In this document: one piece after another, positions 36,089-49,716 of the stretch | How positions within the stretch are numbered: the first letter of the stretch is position 1 | How the letters are laid out: each line of letters opens with the position of its first letter | Translations under genes and position numbers: made by a program | Source of the DNA: Cenococcum geophilum | Taxonomy: Eukaryota | Assembly (NCBI GenBank): GCA_050273025.1 | Contig: CP158635.1 | Span: 6,138,001-6,202,000, forward strand | Length of the DNA: 64,000 nt | Direction of reading: 5' to 3' | Notes under the pieces: model-generated | The model's input: the letters and a program-made list of their open reading frames with translations, nothing else | What the model was told of the DNA's origin: nothing | The model's database searches: none

Positions 36089-38556
36089 ACGTATATGATG
36101 GGGTTATAAAGGTGACCCTAGTTATAACTGATTTGAAAATTAAAATTCGCCAAAATGCTGATTTGGTGGTAAATAATTAGCAAAAGCCATTATAAGTCAT
36201 TGCATCGTTAGTAAGAAGTCTTAAAGCCATAAATATATATAATAGAGTCTATATAAAGTCGATATTTGGTGTTTTAGAGTTTAATTAACCACTGAGTTGG
36301 GCCCTAGATATTGCTAATTAACTTAGGCTCCTTATCTAAGGACTCTTCGTCGCTTAAATTGCTTATATTATCGTCCTCCTGCCCTTTCTACGAGTCCTCT
36401 AATAAAGCAGCTTCTTCTACTGCCTTCTTAGCGGTCTCCTAAAGTTACTTAATAAGAGCTGTAGCCGTAGCGGCGGCAGTAAAGGACTCTTCCGCCCGCT
36501 TCTAGAGCTTATCCACGGTTAATTGTTTCAACGTTATATAATAAACTACTATACTAGCCGCCAATTAAGCTTCTCTAGTATGCTTTTTACGAGCTATATT
36601 AGCGGCAGTAAGGGAGTCCTTCTGCGCCTTCTTAGCTACCTTTCCTGCCTCTACTGCCTCTCTACGGTAAACCTTGGCTAGCTCCTTTACATCAGCAACC
36701 CTTTTCTAGGCTACCTTTTAGACCTTAACTTGCTCCTTAGCAAGCTCTACTACCACCTAATAATCTTTCTTAAGCTATTTCCTAGTAAGCGTGGCTTGCT
36801 CTTTAGCCTTCTAAGCGGCCTCTTTAGTAGCAGTAAACTCCTTTATTACTTCTAAAGTAAGAACTGATTTAGTAGAGAGTACATTCCGTTTACGCTTCTT
36901 CTTAGCCTTCCTCTCCTTAGTATATTGCCGAAGATTATTATTTTCAACTTATATAAGCTTAAAGCCTTCCTCTAAGGACTATAAGTGTTGCATTAACTTT
37001 AAGACAACTACCTCCGTTACCTCCGGCGTAGTTTCTAGATAAAGGATTGTATGCGTATACCAAGCTTAAGCGTGCTTGCTATCTGGCAGGGGAGGATATA
37101 TAGGGGAGGATAGGATCGTTACCTCTACGTAGCGAGGTGGAGGCGTAGATGGCTTAATAGGCTGTCTAGAGCAGCGCGCGAGGGCTCAATTTGGGTTAAA
37201 GGGACGGAGGCCTATAGCCTCGAAGGCGCTTCTAATTAACTCTCTAGTATATACCTGCGGTTAAATCTCGCCTAGTATCCGTAGAAAATAGTCTCTATTA
37301 ATACTAGTAATGCCACGCGCTATATATTTATTAACTTTTAATAAATAGAGTTGTTTAAGAACTAAAAAGATAACCAGATCTAAGGGCTAAAGAAGGTATA
37401 TTAAATACGGCGGTAAACAAATTGGTATAATCTTCTTTGACCAGTAAAACTTAACGAACTTAATATTAACGTGGCTACTATGGCCATCTATAATTAATAG
37501 TTAATAGCTATTGTATTAATTTCTATCTTCTATTATCCTCTCCTATGCCTCAGTTTATTGGGTATAGCGCTTAAAGTACTTCAGCCACCGTACCCCAAGC
37601 TCTTAATTTAACTATCCATTTTCACTTATTGCAATTATACACTCACCTATAGCTTCCTCTGCTTCTTGCTATAGCGATTCTATATATTAACGTCCTTTAA
37701 AAATAATAAACGGTGGAATTATCCCCCCTTATATACTAATTGAATTAGTCTGTAAAACCCACTCCCTAGAGCCGTTAATCGTCTTAAAGTTAATAATATT
37801 GCCTCTTAATACGACCACTTTGGCGCTATATGCAAAGCCTATAGCATAGCTAGTCTCATCTATATTCTATACATTAGCGCTATTAATATTATACTAAGTC
37901 TTTACTTTTAAGTAGTCGGTAAAAAACCTCTTAACTAGAGTAGGATTATTACCAGCAATAGCGCGCTCTAGGGAGATTAATCGCACATAGCAAGTATAAA
38001 GCTCCTCCTGCCGTTTTAAGAAGCCGTATATCCATTTTATACCAAGTAGTATAACTTGGGTATAAGGAAGGTTAGAGGCTTTGCGCTAGAGGACAAGTGT
38101 CGCAATTATCTAAACTATATAGTATTAATATAGAAACCTGGCTTTAGCAAGATAAATATAATATTAAACAATAGCTGCCACGCCAGCTGGAGTAATACGA
38201 TATTAATTGACGTGGGCAACTCGAGAGGACTGTGTTTTGCCTTGGAGCCGCCGGCGGAAAGTAACTGGACTAACGTCATGGGCTTTCGCATAAGCTTCGG
38301 GGCTTTTATAGAGACTTACTGTTCGCTAGGCTGTTAAAGCTGCTTATAGACGATCTTCTGCATCTAGAGCACGCGGCTAGTAAGGCATGGCTTTAGTAAT
38401 ATAGGGGGTTCTGTGCAAGGAAGTAAGGGGAAAAGTCAATATGTTAATGTTCAAAGCGGTAGTATATTTATTTAGGCAATAAACTAGCCTAAATTGGAAG
38501 GCGGTAATGTAGATCGCTTATAACTAGGGTCACCTTTATAACCCTATTACATACAT
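36089..38556 (-). mobile_element. pogo/Fot1 DDE DNA transposon, full length, RIP-inactivated
   Basis: ~38-bp TIRs sharing GGGTTATAAAGGTGACCCTAGTTATAA, TA flanks. Transposase starts at ATG 38388 with relic WNMDETG (~37865), LIIDGHSSH (~37490) and relic LPPHSTHLLQPLD (~37410). Confidence 0.93.
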
Positions 38557-39067
38557 TAACCTCTAAGAATGTATAGACAATTATAATAATTCCTAACTAA
38601 GAACTATTTTTTTAGCCTTATAGCCTTACTTAGTTACCCTAGCGGCTATATAAGACGTTTTATATATATTTAGTAAAGCCCTCTATAAGTAAGCTTGGCT
38701 ATATCTCTAATATTAATAAGATTAGTAAGGGGTGGTTTGTTTTTTTTGTTTTTTTTTTCTAATTAATTTCTAATTTTCTTTTTACGCGATTATACTGACT
38801 AATTCTATTATATAATGCTACTTAGGACCGTATATTAGCAGCCACGGCTTCTCTATACTATAGCTAAGATTTTATATATACTGCACTTAGAGCTAATTAT
38901 AATAACTATTGCCTATAAATCTGCTAATTTATAAATTAAAAAATAGATATAGTTAGAGCTATTAATATAGGTTATTAATTGCGCTCTCTATGATAAAATT
39001 TTGGATTTTAGTAGTCCGAAGTTTAGATTATTAATTATTTAAGGCGTCTCTACTACTATAGTGACAG

Positions 39068-39537
39068 TATACTTATAGGGCCTCCTCCTATCTATAAATA
39101 CTTCCTCCTCTATATCTTCTTTTCTTCTTTTCTTCTTCCTTATAAAAGCTAAAGGTGTTCTAATACTCCTTCTTAGTCCCTATTAAGGAATTTATTAGTT
39201 AATATAGTAATATAAATAGTATTAGATAAGGAGATAGGTAAAAGAGAAGATAAAAAAGACGGAGGAGCCTTTAGTATATATTAGTCGAGCAACGTTAATA
39301 GCTATATTATAGCTGTCCAATCTCCTATACTTATAGGCTTCCTCCTATCTATAAATACTCCCTCTATACTTTCTTATAAGAGCTAGAGGTGCTCTTATAC
39401 TCCTCCTTAGTCCCTATTAAGGGATCTATTAGTTAACGTGGCGATATAGATAGCATTAGATAAGGAGATAGGTAAAAGAAAAAGTAGAAAGGACGGAGGA
39501 ACCTTTAGTAGGTGTTAGTTAAGGAACATTAACAGCT
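39068..39537. repeat. Tandem direct duplication, two ~210-240-bp units
   Basis: TATACTTATAGG...CCTCCTATCTATAAATACT...TTAGTCCCTATTAAGG...GATAAGGAGATAGGTAAAAG...GACGGAGGA occurs at ~39068-39303 and ~39327-39537. Confidence 0.8.
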
Positions 39538-40611
39538 GGTTTTTATTACCTAAAAATTACGTTATATAATAATATTTAGGAACGCAAATATATACCCCGT
39601 CTTATACTTACACCACTACTAAATATTCTATATTTAGTACTTAGAGCTATTTATAATATATATTTCTAAAAAATCTGCTAGTTTAAAGCTCTATAATTAA
39701 ACGTTGTTAACGTTTTATATAGGGGTCGTTAATTAAGCTCCTAGAATACGAATTTTAAAGTTTAATAATATGCTAATATTACGACCTTTTTATAGTGGCT
39801 AAGCTACCCCCTAAGCTCCTCCCCCTCCTCCCCTTCCTCTTATTACTTAACGCTAAGCTATTGCGTTGTTATACGTCCGAACTAAGTAGGCAACGACATA
39901 GCTAATTAATTATATTAGACGTTGCTACTATAGCTATACCGCCTCCGCCCGTTAGGTAGAGGGGTCTTAGTATATAGTTATGTCTCTTCTTATACGTGTA
40001 TTTAATTGAGTTAGGGTAATGGACTTACTTTACTTCCAGCTATACGGCGATTTAGTTATTAGGTATTAAAAATATTTAGTATATAAAGCTTTAAATTAGA
40101 ATTATAATCTACTATATTAGATCCTATATAGAGGGCTCTATATTAAAGCTCTGTAGTCTAAATATATACTAGATCTGTAACTACTATAATCTTTAAACCT
40201 GGCTTAAGTAGGGCGTTTTAGTTACTACAGCAGATCCTTACCTAGCGGTAACTAAGGCGCCTTAATCTTACTACTACTTCTAAATTAAGTAAAAGCTCTA
40301 TATAGGGGGGTCCTAGGGGGTCTCTCCCTAGAAAACCTTATCTCTATATATATTAATTAAAGTCCATATAATAAAGCTCTAGTTTAAAGCTTTGGGTTAA
40401 TTAATTGGCTTATTACTTATAAACTTAGGTTAAAATTTTCATTAGGGGGTACTAACGATCCGTATATTATAATTAGAATTATAGCGGGCCTTTCTAGATA
40501 AAAGTAGAAGCCCTATACGAAGCCAACGTAGGCACAAAAATAAAAGGGTTAGAAAATGGATTGTTAAGGCGATAATGAGGTCGAAGGCGCGCTAAGGCCC
40601 TCTATACTAGA

Positions 40612-41533
40612 AGGCCCGGCCGGCTCGTACACGCGACCTGCTCGTGTACGGTTTTCCTCACCAAAATCTACCCAAATACACCTTTTTATACCACTTATAA
40701 CTTAATAACCTTCTAATAGAATTCTATAAAAATTTAAATATAGCTTATTAAGCACTAAAACTATAGTTTCACAATAAAAAATATAATAAAAAACTTAATT
40801 AGCTTATATACACAACTGGTGTATTTATAGTACCAAAATACACCAAAATACAGTGTTTTTTAAATACTTATAACTAAATAACTATATGAGCTATTAATAT
40901 AAAAATTAAAATATAGTTTATTATATGGTAATTTAAGCTTTTTATAATATAAAAATATAAAAATATAGAATATTATTATATAAACTAAAAAGCTCTATTT
41001 TTACCTATAGTAAAAATTTGAAAATATTGTATTAGATATAATAATAGGCTATATTATATTTTTAATTACTAATTTTAGTTATAGTAAAATATATTATAAG
41101 TTTAGACTACAATATTAAAAACTTATTTATAATATAAATATATAAATTAAAAAATTAAAAAAAATTAAATATTAATATAAGTGATTAAAAAATATAATTA
41201 ATAAACTTAATAAATATTAAAAAGACTTATTTATATACTATAGCTATATAGTAACTTTATTATTATTATTGTTATTATTAACTTTCTTTTATATTAAAAA
41301 AGTACTTTTTTAACTTTATTTTTAACATAAATATTTTATAATATTTAATATTTTTATTATATAAAATTACGGTTCTAGTATTTAATAAGCCATATTAAAA
41401 AATTTATAGACTTTTACCGGAAGGTTATTAAGTTATAGGTGGTATAAAAAGGTGTATTTGGGCATATTTTAATAGATTTTGGTAAGGAAAACCGTGCATG
41501 AGGTGGGTCTGTGCACGAGCTGGTCAAGACGCT
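40612..41533. mobile_element. MITE-like foldback element, ~120-bp imperfect TIRs, very AT-rich core
   Basis: GCTCGTACAC...CGGTTTTCCTCACCAAAATCTA..CCAAATACACCTTTTTATACCAC at the left is mirrored at 41400-41521. Exact ends uncertain. Confidence 0.8.
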
Positions 41534-42318
41534 TAACCTGGTACTAACCTAGGCCTTAAAAACGCGTCTGAAAAGTAGGGGCCACTACCTAAGGGGGGGG
41601 TGATATTTGGACGATATGTCGCGGACCTTGGGGGGTCGTGCGTAACCCGAGGTTATGCCAAGCCTAACCCGGACCTCCGATACCTTGGCACACTTAACAC
41701 GCCGTATGCATGTGACGAAGCGGGACAAATGCATCCTCAGTCGGCGCCCAAAGGACGGAAGGGAGCTGAGCTTGTCAGATTGACGACTTGAAATCATGGG
41801 CCTAGAACGTCCCATCAGCTCTGCGGCCTCAGCCGCGGCAACAATCTTACAAAGCTGGCGATGTAAAAGCGTGCTGATGTGAACGCGTGCTATTTCAGCC
41901 ACTTACAGCCAAATGTCGCGGCTGAACGATACAATACAGCATCTCATGCAGAACTCGGATCGAAGAGTCCGAAGCCACCCGATGAATGATCAATGTCAAT
42001 TGGACCATCGGGAGCCCAGCTAGCCACACTATGTGAAATGTGCTGCGGTTTCGGCGCGCGCAGCATGCCGGACACAGTTTTGTGCACGACCAGCTCCAAC
42101 CCGATCTTTAGCGAGCGCGCCGAGATCCAAATCCGGCACATAGCAACCCTTGCATGCAGCCACAGCAATTTACCACAATTACAGCGTCTCTTCAATTCCG
42201 GTGGTTAGCGCAGCCACGTCTGCACGGCCTTTTTGTAGGGGAACTTTTGGTATTTTTGCTGTTTAAGGGAAAGTTAATAAAACACGCTAACCACCGGATG
42301 TGCCAGGAGGCTGTACTA

Positions 42319-42477
42319 CACCACCTTGGCGCATCCCGTTGAAAGCGCGTGTTGATCGCGTAGATCAAACCACGCGGATTTATACCCAACAATACGCTAA
42401 AATATGTTAAAATAGTCGTGCTTATTACTTTCAAGGTATAAAAATTGTGGCGTTTGACCGGATGCGCTAAGGTGGTG
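42319..42477. mobile_element. Small TA-flanked MITE-like element
   Basis: TA|CACCACCTTGGCGCATCC ... GGATGCGCTAAGGTGGTG|TA. Confidence 0.75.
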
Positions 42478-42479
42478 TA

Positions 42480-43037
42480 CCCCTTCGTGTGGCAAAATGC
42501 GATTTTTGATTGGGGCGTATTTAGCCTTCCTGCTCAGCCTCGGTTGGGTTGGTTGGTGGCGTTTTGGTGGACCCCACCACCAAAAACACGAAAATCGACC
42601 TAATGGAAGGATGCTTTGAAAGGTCACCATAAAAAGGTCATCAAATATGTATTTTTTGAGAAAGCTGGGCAGAAAGTCGTAATATATAACGTCATAGTTA
42701 TACGTTCCTGGCCCTTCTCTATTAACTACCTGCTAGTTATATAGGAAAATCCTCCCTTAGAGCCTCAAATCCTTACCACCTGTAGACTTTATACGCGTTC
42801 TTGACGTTAATAAGGATAAGCTAGTAGAGGACGTGTTGTATACGTCAAATGGGGTAGATTAAGTACTGCAGGTGATGGAACGGTTTAAGTGTGAAGAAGG
42901 CGCCAGTACCCCTGCCGCCGAGCAATTGCATTGACCAGAGGCTTCAACACCAAGTCATATACGGTATAGAGCCTCTAGATTGGCTTGAGAGGCTTGCATA
43001 TACGAAAAGTGCAAGAAATCGTTGCCACACGAAGGGA
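42480..43037. mobile_element. TA-flanked MITE-like element upstream of the laccase
   Basis: Perfect 15-bp inverted repeat CCCTTCGTGTGGCAA (42481-42495) / TTGCCACACGAAGGG (43022-43036), extending imperfectly to ~55 bp, with TA on both sides. Confidence 0.65.
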
Positions 43038-43377
43038 TAGAAGTAGTGGATGGCGTACCGAATTCGAATCTCGCCAGAGGGGAGGTGGAAGCTAGTCATG
43101 CCCAAAGCTTTAGCCCTTCCATTAGCTTTAGGTTATAATATTGACACAATGACAGCTAAGCTTCAACTCAGCCCAAAGCTGTCCGCGTTGTGTCTTCCGG
43201 ACAATTCATCTCTTTGGCTTGACGATAGATATTCTTTATCGACAAAGCGGAAGTCAGTCTCGCCTCGTCTTCTCCTACTTCCTTATACTTCCTAGAGCTA
43301 CACTATTGGCCAAGCTCTGTCCTTAGAGACTCTCTCCATCAACTGCGCCAGCAAGAATCTTGCGAAGCAATATCAGG

Positions 43378-45871
43378 ATGCATCTCTTCGGGCGTTTTTG
43401 GACGACTGTCACCTATTTTGCGAACTTGTTGACGCTTTCGCCCATCAATCCGCCCGGACCTCAACAACACCCAATCCCTGGTATATTGGACGTCGGGCTT
43501 AACGTCCTCCCACATTATCCAATCTTCAAGCCTCCCGGTGGCCGTCCTCAAGGCCCCGGCTCGGATTTCAAATGTGATTACAGGAGGATGCCGGGCTGGT
43601 ATGAATGCTCAACTCCCGAGAACCGAGGATGCTGGCTTCGCCATCCTAATGGACGAGAGTACAATATACTCACGGACTACGAGAACGATGCACCGATTGG
43701 CGTCGATCGTAACTACACTTTAGTGGTGAATGATGGCTGGGTCAATGCGGATGGTGTGAACTTCACAGTCGCAAAACTGTTCAATAATACCTTTCCGGGA
43801 CCATGGATTCAAGCCTGCTGGGGTGATGTAAGTACTGAACTTGGTGATCGTTACTGCATAATGATTCCGACGGTCTAAAGCTTATTTATCTTGCAGAGAC
43901 TCAACATCAAGGTTATAAATAATCTCGGTCACAACGGCACAAGTGTCCATTGGCACGGAATACGGCAGAAGAATACCATGCACATGGACGGTGTCAACGG
44001 CATCACCCAATGTCCTATCGCGCCTGGCGATCACTTCATCTATACCTGGAACACAACGCAATATGGAAGCTCCTGGTACCACAGCCACTACTCTGTGCAG
44101 TACGCTGACGGCCTGCAAGGCCCAATTGTGAGTTGCTCATGTTCTCGTTACCACGTCCCAAGTTAGAGCCTGATCGAACGTCTACGCTCGTACACCAATC
44201 TGTCAATACGATGCCAGGATACGGGAGAACTGAGCATGAGAGTAGAGGCTAACCCATCTAGACTATCCATGGTCCTTCGTCCGCGTCCTTCGACGAACCA
44301 AAACTTCCATTATTGATGACAGACTGGGGTAAGTGGACTTGCATCCGAAGGATAGGATCTGCGTTGCGGTCTCGAGACTGCATTCTGGGAGCTGGTATCT
44401 CGTTTACCGAAGTAAAGGCTGCATATGCTGACATGCGAACAAGGCCACAATAGTGCGTTTGAGGCAATTTACAATCGCAACCTTCAAAAGCCAAGTATTT
44501 TACTGAACGGCCGTGGGAATGTGACTAATTTCTATGGAAACAAGAACACCTCTGCCATCCCGCCAATTTATCAGTTGCACTTTGAGAAAACAAATATTAG
44601 ATTACCTGGCAGAGCAAAGCGGTACTTGCTGCGCCTCATCAATACTTCATTCGATTCGACATTCATCTTCTCGGTTGACAACCATTGGCTTAAGATTATT
44701 GGCGCAGACTTTGTCCCGATTGTGCCTTACTACAATACATCTGTGCTAATTGGCATTGGTCAGCGGTACCATGTAATTATTGAGGCAGATCCCGTTGGTG
44801 GTGTCGCGAACCCGCTGCCCAAGGACGGGAATTTTTGGATACGAACCTGGGTCGCAGATAGTTGTGGGACACCGGGTGGTTCAACTGGCTACGAACAGAC
44901 TGGTATTCTGCGGTATGGCAATACTAGCACATCTGATCCAACCTCGAAGCCATGGACCAACATTTCTAAGCGGTGTTCGGACGAGACCTATTCCTCCCTG
45001 AAGCCCAAGCACCCGTGGTTCGTAGGTCAAGCGGTAAATGGCAACGATGGCGAAGAATTTGACGTAACTTTTAATGGAACAGCCAAACCTTTTCTGCTGG
45101 CAAAATTTTCACTGGAACCACCGTCAGCTTCTGGCTTCACTCCTCTTCAAATTAATTACAGTGATCCGATATTCTTTCATCTTGACAATTTCGCGGGCAC
45201 ATGGCCTAAAGAATGGGTCGTCGTACCCGAGAACTATACCAGTACCGATTGGGTGAGTCGTACCACAGCTTCTATACTAACACGTTATTTTGTCATCAAC
45301 TTGGAGGACCTGATACTGACTAAGACCGTGCAGGTATATCTAGTTCTTACCGGCGCCGGGAGGAATAACACGTCCGGCGCACACCCTGTAGGCAATGTCT
45401 CGAAAGCAATGCACTAGCAGGGGAACTAACATATTTCAGATCCACTTACACGGTCATGACTTCGCAATACTCCAGCAAGTCGAAGGCACACCTTATTCCC
45501 CAGAGAAACTCGATCTCACCCTCATTAATCCTCCGAGGCGTGATGTGGTTCTTCTGCCTAGAAACGGCTTCGTTGTCATCGCCTTCAAAACCGACAACCC
45601 AGGAAACTGGCTGATGCATTGTCATATTGCGTACCACGCTTCGTTTGGTCTGGCCCTGCAAATACTCGAGCGACAGGCTGATGCGAACAAAATTTGGCCA
45701 CACGGAAAGTCAAATGCACTCAAGGAAGCAGGACGAGTGTGCCAAAATTGGAACACTTGGTACGGTGACTGTAACAACTGGTGGCCGGGCGTAAATCAGA
45801 CAACCGGGGTGAACCCATCCTGCAACGGGACTGAACCGCTGCATATATTCCAAGATGATTCCGGTATTTAA
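43378..45871 (+). CDS. Laccase / multicopper oxidase (AA1), ~680 aa. Exons 43378-43827, 43897-44127, 44262-44328, 44444-45252, 45334-45387, 45440-45871
   Basis: All four copper motifs: HWHG, WYHSH, HP|IHLHGH and [12 protein letters not shown] (Leu at the axial position). Ascomycete C-terminal DSGI. Five GT-AG introns keep the frame, with no premature stops. Confidence 0.96.
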
Positions 45872-46433
45872 AAGAACGCAAGTACTTTTAGAGCGGTATT
45901 AGACGGGACGATCCCAAAGTATTAGCAGTATCCTCCAGCACATTATTACTGCTATCTGGTAGTGCTGTGGGTCTTTTGGCCACTCTCTAAACGCTTAATC
46001 TTGGTCAGGCAAGGTACGTCTATTAAGTCTTTATCAATGCTACTTTTTAGGTCTATTTGCGGATAAAAAGGTGTCTAAAGGTAACTTTTAGATATTAATT
46101 ATCTTCTTTTATTTGCTCTTAGCCAAATTCTAGTTCTATATCTAAATAAAAGTTATAAGTAAAATAAATCCAAGTCTTGATTTATTAACTACCTTTATAT
46201 TTATGCCACTGCTAGTCATACACCCCCCACCAAACAGGCTTAGATCGTTCCTCTTCAGGTTAGAACATCACGTGTGTTTGACTTATGCATCTACGTCGCG
46301 AAAATCAAACTTTTGTGACTGCACGTGTATTACCCCCTATTAAAACAATACACCTACTATAACTCTACTAACACGGCTTTATATTTTATAAATTGGGGCT
46401 AGTTTTATAGCTTTAGTAAAGGGCTATAAAATA

Positions 46434-47114
46434 GGGCAGTGCTATTTGGACACCCCCTAATTGCTAGGTGTACACCCCCCCAAATCGGGTTTGGCGCCTG
46501 CCTCAATAAGTTAGAATATCACGTGCGTTTGACTTATTTGCATCTGCATCGCGAAAATCAAAGTGCGCGCCTGTCCAAATTAACACCGCATTTGCCTTAA
46601 CTTTGCATCCAAAAGCCTGCAACTATAGAGCGTTGCCACGGTTGGCCAATTGGCTCTACAACTAGCTCTACAATTGCCAATCGCGTCGATAGATTTACTT
46701 GTAGAGAGCCCTGAGCATTTGAGCGAAATACTGGCTAGAGTCCTACCGGGCGCATGCGTCGGCGCGGCGCGGGTGTGGGCGCGGAGGCAGCTTACAGATA
46801 TTAAGTAGAGGTGGCAGCACCTAAATTAGTTCGCGCGATACTTTGCAAAGTACTACGCAATCTAATTAATCGCTCCTTTAGCGCGTTCTAGATTTGGACT
46901 TTACTACTTATACTATAACTAAAATTAAGACTTAATCGTGGTGTTGCAGTCATGGCGCGCACTTTGATTTTCGTGATGCGGGCGCAAACAAGTCAAACGC
47001 ACGTGATATTCTAACCTATTGAGGCAGGCGCTGAACCAAATTCGGGGGGGGTGTCTACCTAGCAATTGGGGGGTGTCCACCTAGCAATTAGGGGGTGTCC
47101 AAATAGCACTGCCC
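46434..47114. mobile_element. Non-autonomous TIR element, ~140-bp TIRs, 8-bp TSD (Mutator- or hAT-like)
   Basis: GGGCAGTGCTATTTGGACACCCCCTAATTGCTAGGT... is mirrored at 46954-47114. TSD ATAAAATA at 46426-46433 and 47115-47122. A diverged partial TIR copy lies at ~46218-46315. Confidence 0.9.
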
Positions 47115-47267
47115 ATAAAATAAGGCCCTATTTATAAAATATAAAGCTGTATTGGTAAAGTTATAGTAGGGTAATACACGACATTTGGCTTTGGGCGAGC
47201 TTCTAATTTTTTGCGACCAATAGTAAAAAAAAGGACTTTATAGGCCTTTACGCAGGCTTCTAGGCTA

Positions 47268-47609
47268 TCCCTTGCATTGATAGTGTACTTAGAGATGTGG
47301 CCCGTGCACGCGATCAAAGAACATCAACTTCCTCGCGTAGATAACTTCATCAATTAATTACACTACCATAATGGTTCGTAACTACATTTCTAATGATATA
47401 GATCTTGTACAGCCTACTCAATATCCTCTTTCCAAAAGTCGGGTCGCGAAAAAGCCACCGCCAGCCCCCGGACCACTACCTTCCTTCAAGCCTCTCCCCA
47501 TCTACAAGGCCTTGATTTTCTGGCAGAACGATTGACCGCCTGCGTATGCAACTTCCTAATTGGTGCGCACGGAGCACAGCTCTAAGGACGCGTTTATCAA
47601 TGCAAGGGA
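47268..47609. mobile_element. TA-flanked MITE-like element
   Basis: TA|TCCCTTGCATTGATA ... TATCAATGCAAGGGA|TA, with imperfect extension to ~55 bp. Confidence 0.75.
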
Positions 47610-47800
47610 TAATAAAAGCCGCCAGTTTACTAGGCTATTTAAGCAGCTTATAAGTAGTCTTTTATATTTAATATATAAGGTTTAAATGGCATAGCTGTTG
47701 TTTAATAATAAATTTAAAAGTTAATGTTTAATGTTCAATGTTCAGATTCGGCAATATTCTACTTTAGGAAACCCATTAGCTTAAAAAGGGAAGCGGTCTA

Positions 47801-49716
47801 CTAGTTTGTGCAAAACTTAGGCTCGTGCAAAACCCCGGGAGCCACGTTAAAGCTGGAATCAGGTATCGCCGAGAACAGCCAGAAAGTCGCAAGGTCAATA
47901 TCAACTTGAGGTGGAGCAATTAGAGCGTTGGCGTTACAGTTAACAAAAAATAGGGCCAAATACGCAGCATAGTTATCCAGGACCCTAAGGGTACTAGACC
48001 TCAAACCCTCTATAATTCCTGTTAGCTATCGCAAACTTGAATCTTTCTTAGGCATGCCTTACTATATTCCGAAGCCATTTTCTAACTCTCAATGGCCTGA
48101 CAGCTTATCAAGGAATAGGAATTGTCCAGCCACCGCTCTAGCGGCGACGAGTACAATAGTAACCCATTTATTGGTGAACCTGTATAAGACTGCCAACGCA
48201 ACCGTGAAAAGTACTGCTGCAATTCCTGATTGCGCTGCCTTGGCGATGGCTACTTCCACTAGCTTTATTTGGAAATCCTACTCCGTCCCTTTAATACTTG
48301 ACTTAAGGATTTAAAAGCTGATGACAGCAATAACGCCAATAACTGCTCCGTAAAGCCTATTAAAAAAGCTGGAGAGGAACTTGTGGCGTGTAAGTTATTA
48401 CAGTTTAAGGTTAATAGGTAAAGGGTATGGGACTAATGCGTACCTTGTTGTGAACTAGCTTTTTAAGCAAAGAATAACCAGCAATAGTAAACAAAAAGCA
48501 GGGGAAAAATATCCCTAATGTTATAACAACCGCTCTGGTAAACGCCTTACTTAACCCACCATTTATATTACCGCCCTGAAACCTAATAAACGTAGTGAAG
48601 ATAACAAGTGGCGCTGGTAGGACGTTCCTAATGGTAATATAGTTAATGAAGACTCGCTAAGGCAGCCATCTACCTTTTAAAACTGCTTTAACCTGTATAA
48701 AGGGAATAGCGGTGTAGGCGCCGCCGAATAATAATGTACCCGTAATGAGGCCGAGAACAAAGAGGTTGATTAGTGAAGGGGTCTTCGCAATTCTAAGGGC
48801 CAGGGATACCGGTAATGGGACGCCTTAAAAGATGGCATAAATGGCATATCCGATATATTAAAGGATGAATAGTATGCTAGCTGGTACCTATAGCCGGCGA
48901 GCGATAAATATGTAGATGATGCCGTATAGGCTAAGAGAGATGAAGCTATGCAAAGTTAGTCCAGTTTGCCTATATATCTTTAATTTATAAGAACACCAAC
49001 ATATTTAGGCGCAGAGTTGAATTAATTGCTGTGCAGATTGCTGCGATAATAAGGAACGGATCCACCTTCTTCGTGCCATGCTTAATAACGGAGTGGTCTG
49101 CTATCTTGTGCGTAGCTTTGAACATCTAATTTATGTTAGCGACGGCTTGCAGTTCTCAAATTCGGCATACTATAGCGGCAATGATAGGTTGCAATGCTCG
49201 GAAACTGGCATTAAAGTACTTATTTTTGAGACCGGCCAAAGTATATAAGTAGCTTGCTGCCAATATTAGTATAAAACCAGGTAAAATAAAGGCTAAGCCT
49301 GCAACAATTCCTCTAACTCTACTAGCACTTAAGCAACTAAAGAATATGCAAAGCTTAGCTGCTTTTAGTCTAGGAAGGATCTGGTAAACAGCAAAAACGC
49401 GTTAAAACCGTGTAAGGGTGATCCATTTTTCTTTGATTACGATCTGCTCTTTAATTAGAGCGATCTAAGCGACCGGGCCACCTTATGCGAAAAAACCGAA
49501 GTTGTAGAAGAAGTACCAGAAAAGGCGGAGCAGAGAGAGCTTTGGCGCGTTTAAGTAGGTCAGTTCGTCGTCTTCGGTATTGGGCGAGCTAGTGGATTAG
49601 TCGACTTCGGACACTCCCTTCGTTTCAGTGGGATGGGGATGGTTTAACTAATATAAAGCCTCGACGTCTTAGCCATCGGATTTAGTTAAAGTCTAAGGCG
49701 AGGTAGGATGTACTAT
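47801..49716 (-). pseudogene. chrA: Chromate ion transporter (CHR family), RIP-inactivated
   Basis: Reads FGFFA*GGPVA*IALIKEQIVIKEKWITLTRF*RVFAVYQILP...AGLAFILPGF, plus a second-repeat GGAYTAIPFIQ (~48725). Probable start codon is ATG changed to ATA (49716). Stops fit CAA/CAG/TGG transitions. About three introns are visible. Confidence 0.9.

Noticed and set aside
41585..42630. Cluster of short overlapping ORFs in GC-normal DNA
   Set aside because: No recognisable domains, they overlap on both strands, and the region is partly explained by inverted-repeat elements.
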